Of a DNA stretch of 64,000 nucleotides, positions 24,301-34,945 are shown one piece after another. The position numbers were made by a program, and so were the translations under genes. Under the pieces are notes generated by a model. The model was given only the letters and a program-made list of their open reading frames with translations, did no database searches and was not told where the DNA came from. Source of the stretch: Octopus bimaculoides (Eukaryota); assembly GCF_001194135.2 (NCBI RefSeq), contig NC_069004.1, positions 2,773,560-2,837,559 of the forward strand, read 5' to 3'. Position 1 is the first letter of the stretch. The number at the start of each line of letters is the position of its first letter.

Positions 24301-27300
24301 ACCTACCTATCTTACCTACATACTGTACTTGATAGCATAAAAGCTGCATGGGCATATTAGATGTGTCCCACTTTCAGCAGCTCAAACCTGAGAGAAGTAG
24401 CCTGTTGTGCATTAAAGCATGCAACATTTAAAGCAATCTAAGAGTACATTACAAAGCATCACCAAAGTACTTTTAGCAGTAAATATCACTGTATCTAAAA
24501 AAAGTAAGTTAGCTGTACAGCTGAAGATGAAGCTAGCCATCACGATAATGAAAACATCCTGCATATATAGAGTAACAAAAATAGCCTAGAGTGGTGTCTG
24601 GGATAAAATTAGCTTATAAAGAGCCTTCCTGGTTCGTATAGGCTCATAGAGTCGGTTTCCCGGCTTCCATGGTGTATATGAAAGGGTGCTGGCTTTGGGT
24701 AAAAGAAATTACAGGAGGATCGGGGCCTTTCACGATACTCGTAAAGCTAGAAACTTTACAGCACCCCACTTCTAAGTGTGTGTGTGTGTGGGCATACACA
24801 CAAGGTGGTGCTGAAAAGTTCCTGCATTTTGGGTAAAAGGAAATACAGGAGGATCAGTTAATTATGATTTTATTCAACATATTCCCCTCTCAGATTCACA
24901 CACTTATTGCAATGGTCCTTCAGTTTTTGAAGCCCTGTAAAAAGAACTCGGAAGGTTAGGCCTCCAACCAGGCCTTTCATGATACCCTTAATACCAGGAA
25001 CTAGCACTTGTGCTGGTGGCATGTTTAGAAAATCATTCAAGCGAGGTCGTTGCCAGTGCCACTGGACTGGCTCTCGTGCAGGTGGCATGTAAAAAACACC
25101 TTTTTGAGCATGGCTGTTACTAGTACCGTGTGACTGGCCCTCGTGCCGGTGGCACGTAAAAGCACCCACTACACTCTTGGAGTGGTTGGCGTTAGGAAGG
25201 GCATCCAGCTGTAGAAACTCTGCCAGATCAGAGTGGAGCCTGGTGCAGCCTCCTGGCTTGCCAGTCCCCAGTCAAATCGTCCAACCCATGCCAGCATGGA
25301 AAGCGGACATTAAACGATGATGATGATGATGATGATGACGCACACAATTCTTTCAGTTACCGTCTACAAAATCCACTCACAAGGCTTTGGTCAACCCGAG
25401 GCTATGGTAGAAGACACTTGCCCCAGGTGTTGCACAGTGGGACTGAACCTGGAGTCATGTGGTTCGGAAGCAAGCTTCTTACCACACAGCTTGGCTTGCA
25501 CCTATCTTCTGATGTTTCTAATTAAACTTTATTCATTTACCTACGTTTTCCAATAAACTCTAATGACTTATCCATATTTTTTCACTTTTTTCTGAACTGT
25601 AAAGATAACTTTTGGATATCTTGTTTGTCTTTCTACATATCTATTTATCTATGAATCTACGCCTATCTATGTCTATCAATCTCTCTCTCTTTCTCTTTCT
25701 CTACATCTATCCATCAATCAATCAATCACCTTTCTTTTTGCTTATCAATCAGCAAAGTAATTTCTAAGACAAACTTCAACATAAAAAACAGAAATACCAA
25801 TCTAAACAACAAACAAACAAACAATGATGGGACATTTATCTGAATGAACTTTATAACTGCTTTCAAATTTCCATTACGTTTATGTACTTAATATTATCAT
25901 CGTTTATTCCAGTTGAAATTCCATCACCACCACCACCACCACTAGCACCACATTCTGACTTTGCTTCTATCATCCTTGGGAGAGGGGGATGAGGGGAGAA
26001 TGAGGGGGGAGTAGGATGGTGAGGGGGAAACCAATAAAACAAAGGACAATTAAGTGCTGCAGCTGAATTTGAATATCAAAAGTCTTGTGACCGTGTGCCC
26101 ATATGTGAGAGAGACCATTGCCATTCCATGTATGCCTTGCTGTTAAGCGCTCCCAATGTTTTGCATTCTTGTTCATTAGTTTCTTTGATATATATCATCA
26201 TCATCATCGTTTAATGTCCGCTTTCCATGCTGGCATGGGTTGGACGATTTGACTGAGGACTGGTGAACCAGATAGCTACACCAGGCTCCAATCTGATTTG
26301 GCAGAGTTTCTACAGCTGGATGCCCTTCCTAATGCCAACCACTCCGAGAGTGTAATGGGTGCTTTTACATGCTACCAGTAGAGTTGGAGGTTGGAATAAC
26401 TGTTTATGGGATAAAAATAACCGTTATATTACTGGTATAATTACCCATGTTAACCCTGATATATATATATATATATATATACATACACACACATGACTAT
26501 ACATAAATTAATATATACACACCCATATTCCTTTTTTGTGACACCCATTACACTGCTCCGACTCTCTCTCTCTCATCCACAGGCTACATTCTACCTCTCT
26601 CTCTCTCTCTCTCACACACACAAACACACACACTTCCTTTTCCTTCTAACACACACACTATTATCTCTCTCTCTCTCCCTCAGACATTCTGTTTCTTTTT
26701 TTACATTCTCTCTTTTCTTACTACATATCTCTCTCTCTCCCTCTCTCTCACACACACAATCATCATCATTTCAAAGTCTACTTTTCCATGATCCCATGGC
26801 AAAGACAGAATTTGCTGAGGCCGACTTTCTACAGCCAAATGCCCCCACTGACACCAAACCCCCTCACTTCTTTCCAAGTAAGGTAATATTTCCCCATGAG
26901 CAGACATGTTTCTACACAAACAAGGAAACATTCACCCTGTACCTTAAATTTTAAAAAAACAAAACAATTACTACCAATTAGCCCTGATCAAATAGACACA
27001 TAAGAGACATTCCAATCGTGGCTGTCCCATCCCGAACTGCAATGTCCACTAGAGATGGTTTACATTTTTTCTGAGAAATTTAGCTGCTATTTATAGCAGG
27101 TCAATGCTTCCTTGTTGTTGTGGTGAGTTGACATGCTTTAATCTTAGCTGGTATTTTAGTCATGGCTTCCTGATCTTCCTGAATTTAAACACAGATCTCT
27201 ACATGCATGACAGGCAAAATCACAGATACATACATACATGGTGGGAACAAACTTCTTAATTACACAGCCATGTTTGAGGCAATCATCATAATTTAACGTC

Positions 27301-29413
27301 CGTTTTCCATGCTAGCATGAGTTGGAAGGTTTGACTATATATATATATATATAAGAATATTCTCTTTGAAATGAAATCAATTGAAAGAAACACACTGCAT
27401 CTCAACAGAAATATGGTAACAAAAGGGTTAAAATATATAATAGAGAAACGATTCTTAACCCTTTCATTACCAAACCGGCTGAAACCAGCTCTGGCTCTGA
27501 GTACAAATGTTTTGTTTCCATAAGTTTTGAATTAAAATCTTCCACCAAACCTTAGTCACAATTTATGTTCCTAACACTAGCTTAATGATAACTAAGTTAT
27601 TTTACTAAATTCTTTGTTATACTCAAAATTAACTGAAAGAAACACAGAACATCTCAAAATAAATATAGTAACAAAAGGGTCAAACGTTTGCAAGGGGTTG
27701 TTTCATCATTCACTTGCAGCCATACCAACAACTACTTCCATAAATATGGCACACAAACAAAACTATTAAGCTGGCCACATCTGTTGATTCACACTTTTCA
27801 ATAAAGAATGTTAACCAGTTTTATTTAGTTCAGTTTTTTTATGAAAACTTGACATTTCATAAAAAACACTTGGTGAAAAATGTGTCATTAGAAAATGGTT
27901 CATTATCAATACTTTTGACATTTTTATAATCGTTTTATTTTTTATGTACCATAGGCATAGCTAAAGGCACAGGCATGGTCCGGTTCTACTGCATGGCACC
28001 CTTGGGCTCAAGTATCTTCGATTATAGCCCCATGTCAACCAACGCCTTGTGAATAAAATAGGTAGATGGATACTGGGCCTAAGTCCATTGTGTGTGTGTG
28101 TGTGTGTGCGTGTGTGTGTGTGTGCATGTGTGTAGTTGAACAAATCAACCCCAGTACCATTTTTTTTTTCAAGCCTGGTACTTATTCTATCGGTCATTTA
28201 CCAAACTGCTAAGTTACAGGAATGTAAACTCACCAACACTGGTTGTAAGGTGGTGGTGATGCTGGTGGACTAGCACAAACACATACAAAGATATATATAT
28301 ATTTATATATACGACGGACTTTTTTCAGTTTGTCAAACAAATCCACTCACAAGGCCTTTGGTTGGCCCCAGGCTATAGTAGAAACACTTGCCCAAGGTGC
28401 CACACAGTAGAAACCCAGAATCATGCGGCTGGGAAGCAAGCTTCTCACCACACAGCCATGCCTGCACCACTCTCTCTCTCTCTCTCTCTCTGATATATAT
28501 ATATATATATGCTTAACTAAACCCTTCCAAGTGGCACCCGAGCATTCTGTATAATCATTAAACCCTTTCTATATTCAACATAAAAATCCTGTCATCCCAG
28601 TCTTACCAAGGCAGCCCAAATGAATGCAACAAGGCTTGTATCTTACTTTCGTATTTTCTCTCATCCCATTTACACGTTGTCGGTCATCTTTATGATGACC
28701 AATTTGCTGTAGTTGCTTAGGTTCTGCCTATTAGCACTTGACTTATTGATTTTTAACCCAATTATCCACTGAGGACGTAAATAGATTATGATTTATTGAT
28801 TATTAGAAAATCGTAATTGCCCGAAACATTTACCTCCGTCGATCTGCACAAGCATTAGAAAAGTCACTAAGCTATTTAACACCAATATCGTGGCACTATT
28901 TTTAACGATCACTTCTCATTTGTTATTGTCTAAACTGAAATCAATTGAAAATTATTGTGTAGTATTAGCTTTGAGTTGCCAAATATCACCAGTTCTGCTG
29001 GATAGAATATCCAAAATTTATGTTCTTAAAGCAACACAAACATTTATTATTTAAGAAGTTACAATGAAAATCCTGTATAAATTTGCATTAATTTCTCTTA
29101 ACCTACCTGGAAAGAGTTTACAAAGTGGTTGGCATTAAGAAGGGCATCCAGTCAGAGGAAGCTTGACTAAAGCAGACGTCAGAGTGCAGCACAGCCCTTG
29201 GGACATGTTGGGTCCTTGTCAAACCGTCCAACCCTTGCCCGTATGGAAGATGGACATGAAAACAGGAGGAGAAGGAAGAGAAGATGGGAAGCAGAAGAAG
29301 AGGTGGAAGGAGGTATTTGCAGACCACTGCCATAACCCTGAAAACATACACTATGCAACCACATTACTTTCCACCACCACCACCACCCCATGTGCTTATG
29401 TCCATATATATAC

Positions 29414-29445
<32 letters not shown>

Positions 29446-30898
29446 TGTCCAGATGTTTTGTGTTCTTGTCCCAGATAGATATACATACATATATATATAT
29501 ACACACATGCATTTGTATTGTATGCATATGGCATAGATGACAAATGACTGACAACTGGATGAAGGAAAATCACAAAATGAGTTGGTGTTGGTGGGTAGAA
29601 GCGAGAGAGAGAGAGAGGGAGAGAGAGAGAGAGAGAGAGAGTTGTTGGGTACGAAAAGAAAAGCCATGTCCTACATGTTGACAAGTGCAAACTGTATTTG
29701 CATGTGTGCGATTCTTTGACAGCAAAGTACATATATTTTGTCTATGTAGAAGTCCACAGCAGGGTGTGTGTGTGTGTGTGTAATTAATAAAAAAAAAAAA
29801 TGAGAGAAAAACAACAACGCGAGGACATGGTACATGCNNNNNNNNNNAAGTACATATATTTTGTCTATGTAGAAGTCCACAGCAGGGTGTGTGTGTGTGT
29901 GTGTAATTAATAAAAAAAAAAAATGAGAGAAAAACAACAACGCGAGGACATGGTACATGCGAAGTATTAATAAGATGCTCACGAAAGGAAAGAAAGGGTG
30001 TTTTACGTTTCGAGCAAAGCTCTTCATCAGAAACAGGAGAGAGACGAAAGTCCCCCCCACAAAAAAATAGTTAAGCCTGGTAACTTTATTCTATCAATCT
30101 CTTGTGCTGAACCAATAAGTTATGGGGATGTAAACAAACCAACTACTGTTTTTCAAATGGTAGTCAGGGAGAAACATAAACACACACATGTATATTTGCT
30201 GCTTCCAGTCTTTCATGGAAACATGTCTGGCTAAGGTGGAAATATCACCTTACTTGGAAACAGGTGAAGGTTGGTGACAGAAAGGGCATTCAGCCATAGA
30301 AAATTTCCCTCAATAAGCTCCATACAACCTATACAAGCATAGAAAAGTGGGCACTAACACAAACATGATGATGACGATAACAATCGTCAAGTGGTAACAA
30401 CAGAGATGCGACTCAGAATTCTGTGCCCGGGTCCTCCGTCCTGTATTATCTGTGGCTGGGTCCTTAATTTCATGTTGCGTGTCTATACCAGTGTTTCTCA
30501 ACCATTTTACCCTTGCGTAACCCTTAAAAGAAATTACATGTCTCAAGGAACCCCTAACCAATAACATGTTGTTCATGCATAGTAATATTACAATCATGAA
30601 ATTAGCATTAGCTTATCTCATGCTTTCTCATGGAACGCCTAGGAACCTTCCACAGAACCCAGGGTTCCAGGGAACTCCGGTTGAGAAATGCTGGTCTATA
30701 CCAATAAACACCAAGGTAGCCTATTCCTCTTCGTTTAGCAGGTGTTTGGTTCCCATAGAAATAGTTGACGTACAGCTTAATCTTTTCTTCATCAGAAGTG
30801 CTCCGTAAACTTTCAAGTCTGCATTGTTTGATGGTTTCGAGTTAATCTGTTTAATACAGGCGTACATCCATATAATACACTGGTTAGTCTCTATCTCT

Positions 30899-30951
<53 letters not shown>

Positions 30952-33900
30952 ATATGTGTGTGTGTGTGTGCATGTATACATGTGTGTTATTAACCTGTTG
31001 GTACACTTCCAACTTCAAGAAATCAATGAGCAACAACTATACAAAAACAAAAGCTATTGTGTTTGGCAGAGCAAAGATGGTGATGATGATGATGGTGATA
31101 ATAACAATGATAATAATAATAATAATAATAGCAGTAGTAGTAGGAGTAGTAAATAACAATAACATCTATAATTAAAATAAATTAGTCAATGTCTAAAATA
31201 TGTAAAATTAATAACATTAACGCCAATAATAATAACGATGATGAGAGGGAGGAGGAGAAAGGTAATAATAATAATAATAATAATATTATTGAGTAAAATA
31301 ACATTGCCATTATGAAGCTAGTATTTGGAACATAGCTTGAGTGTAGAATCTTGATGGTTTTTATTAGATTGAGGGAAAAGGTTGTGCGCCAAACTTGTGC
31401 CGAATGGTCATGCCATCAATGCTGAACTTTACTGCGAGCAACTTGATTGAATCTATGATGCGCTGGTTGAAAAGTACCCAAAACTTGTTCGTCAAAAATG
31501 CGCTTTGTTTCAACAAGACAATGCAAAGCCGCATATGTCCAGAAAGACCAGCAACAAGGTTGAAGAATTGGATGGTGTGGAAGTTCTGCTGCATCCAGCC
31601 TATAGTCCAGGCGTTGCTCCATCTGACTACGGTCTCTTCCAATCAATGCAGTACTTTATGAAAGGTCACCGATTCAAGTCATTCGACGAAGCTGAAGAAA
31701 CCTGCTAAGAATTTTTTGATTCAAAGCTGAAGGATTGGTACTTTGGCCAAATCCGAAAGCTCGCAGATCATTGGCAGAAGGTCATGGAAAATGATGGGGT
31801 TTATTTTGAAGAATAGTTGTTGTTGTTTTTGAATAAATTCTTGCATAAAAAAATCCTTATTTTAACACGGTGCATGAATTTTTTCCTTTCAACCCAGTAA
31901 TTTAGATCACTTTAAAACAGGTCACTTGTATTACAGAAGCAGGGACAGTTTCAGGCTGGTTGGTATCGAATAGGTTAACCCTTTCGTTATTATATTTCTG
32001 ACCAAAATAGACCCCTCATGAGTTTCAATTAAATTCTAAAATAATCATGAATTTAGACTAGTCTCATTAAACACCTGTAACTTTTTTATTTATCAACATA
32101 TTAATGTGATATTTGGTGAGGTTGAGGGAGGTCATTCTGCTTTCAGGGTGGAACTGTTGGTGTGTTTTGTGGTGCCTTTTGTCTAGAGAGAAAGGGAGAC
32201 CAAGGGCAGGTTTGACTGACCCAATCTTTAGCTATGCTTCTGCTGTCTCCTCTTGACCCACAAATAAACCCAACTGAAATAACAATGCCTCCTTCAAAGA
32301 AAGACACTAAATCTTCTGGACAATTCTTTCACAGACTTTGGTGCAACCCAGATGCCGCATAACACCCCCTGCCAGCACAGAAACTTCAGATTACAAATCT
32401 CTCTCTCTCTTTCTCCCTTCTTATCTATTGTCTATCTCTGCTGTAAGGGTTACACTCGATACTCAAACTTTAATCTGAGAATATGCGATTGTCTGCATGT
32501 AGGTAAAAACTGCAACATTCACCCCCACCACAATAACTTCTCTCACGTGCAAGTTATCAGCAACAAGAACAAACAGCTACTTCAGCTGAAAAAACTTTCT
32601 TCGTCCACCACCCCCACCCCACTCCCCACCACTCTTCTGAACACATTGTCTGCTTCTTCTGCTCCCCCCACTCCCGACCACCACCAACTTGTAAAAACCC
32701 ATCTCATCCTACGTCAAGGACTTACAGCTTACTTTGCCCTGCTCTGAAATGATTGCTCTCGCTAACCCAATGGTTTTTTTTGCTTACCTCTCACGTGCAC
32801 CCCACACTTCAGATCGCTGATACAAAAAATGGATTCTGCAACAATACAATTCGTTTTCAGGAGCAGGAAGAGGAGAAACATCATCATCATCATCATTATC
32901 ATCATTATTTAAAGTTTACCTTTCCATGCTTTTGTGGGTTAAATGGAATTTGTCAAGGCAGATTTTTCCTTGATCAGATATGCTTCCTGCCACAAACCCT
33001 CACCCGTTACTTGCGGCAAGGTAATATTTCCCATGACCAGACGGAATTTGTTGAGGCAAATTTTGTCATGGAAGATGCAATTCCTGCTGCCAACTCTCAA
33101 CTATTTCCAGGTAAGGCAATATTTCCCATGGCCAGACATGTTTTTCCACGGAAGACTACAAATGAACAACACCTGGGGCAAATTGTCTTCTACTATATCT
33201 CCGGAGTCAACCAAAGCCTATGGAAACTAAAAGAAGCCCATCATGCGTGTGTGTACGCATGTGTTTGTGTGTACCCTTGTCTTGGCATCGCATGACAGTT
33301 GTAAACAAGTGTCACTGTCATAGAAGCAGTGTCATTTGTTTTCAGTCTTCCATGAAAAACATGTCCGGTCATGGGGAAATATTACCTTGATTGGAAACAG
33401 GAAGAGCATCCAGCTATGGAAGACACACTTCAACAATTTCTATCAGCGTCATGGAAACATGGAAAAGTGGACGTCAAATGAAAATGATGATGCTGATGAT
33501 ATGTCTGATAAAAAACGACAGGATGGTCATAGCTGGAATGTGTCTATCATAGGTCTGCTTGTTGAGACCATCATCATCATCATCATGTAATGCCTATTTT
33601 CCATGCTGGCATGGGTTGGACGGTTTGACTGAAAACTGGGGAGCTGCACCAGGTTCCAATCTGATTTGCCATGGTTTCTACAGCTGGATGCCCTTCTTCC
33701 GAACGCCAACCTCTCCAAGAGTGTAGCGGGTACTTTTTATGTGCCAGTTACGAAACACCAGCATCAGCCATGACTGCGACCTCACTTGGCTTGACAGGTC
33801 TTCTCAAGCACAGTATATTACCAAAGGTCTCGGTTTTGGTTGACTCAAGGCTATAGTAGAAGATACTTGCCCAAGGTGCTACACAGTGGAACTGAACCCG

Positions 33901-34904
33901 GAACCATGTGGTTGAGAAGCAAGCTTCTTATCACACAGTCATGCCTGCTCCTTTGCAAAAAAAAAAAAAAAAGAAAATCATAATTGTGATTGTTATGGTT
34001 GGAATGTTTTTGATCACAGGTTGATCTACGAGTTGAGTGCAGTCCTAGGGTTAAACAGCTACACTTCTCACAGCATACCATTGTCGTTGCTATTGTCAAG
34101 TTGTTATCAACATCATCTCTGAATTTGATATTAGCAACAACAATAACAACACCAGCAACATTTCTGTGCCACTATCATCCACTTCTTACCATTCAGTACC
34201 ATTGTTGTTGTTGTTGCTGTATGTAATCTCACAAGTACCTCTTCTCTAGCCTTCGATTTGTTCCAATAAAAATAAGGTTAACAGTAAAAACTGGGTCACC
34301 TTTTTTTTCTTTCTCCCAAACCCTTCCACACCCCCCACAAACACTCTCTGAAGTGCACAACGCTGAAGAGGGGGATGGAGAAGAACTCCAGTAAAATGAG
34401 TCGACAAGGGTTTAGACTCTGACCTGTCTGAATGTGTGTTTGCCATCTGAATTAAAACAAAATATACTGTGGGTACATGCGCGTGTGTGTGTGTTTAATT
34501 AAACTGTGCACATATGGACCTAATTATGCTTGCCTGCATTTGATTGGTCCAGAATACTGTATGCATATATGGTGTTTAACAGAATAACATATACTACATG
34601 TGTAAATGGTGTTTAAAAAAAACAATACGTACATATATATATATATGAGGGGGTTCTGGAAAGTTCCTGGCTTTGGGTAAAAGAAAATACAAGAGGATCA
34701 GTTAATTATGATTTTATTCAACATATTCCCCTCTCAGATTCACACACTTATTGCAGCAGTCCTTCAGTTTTTCTAAGCCCTGAAGGGATATAATATAAGT
34801 GGTTATGGTGGCTTTATAACAGCTTTGACTGCTATTTCTAGACATGTAAGGGTTTTTGCAACCCTCTCCATTATAACTGTGATTTATTCACAATTATACA
34901 ATCT

Positions 34905-34945
<41 letters not shown>

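Noticed and set aside
28765-28830. CTGAGGA...GAAAC spacing reminiscent of a hammerhead
   Set aside because: No pairable stem II or stem I, and no valid cleavage context.
29725-29960. Near-perfect ~90-110 bp direct duplication around a 10-N gap
   Set aside because: Identical sequence on both sides of a tiny gap is typical of unmerged contig overlap; likely an assembly artefact.
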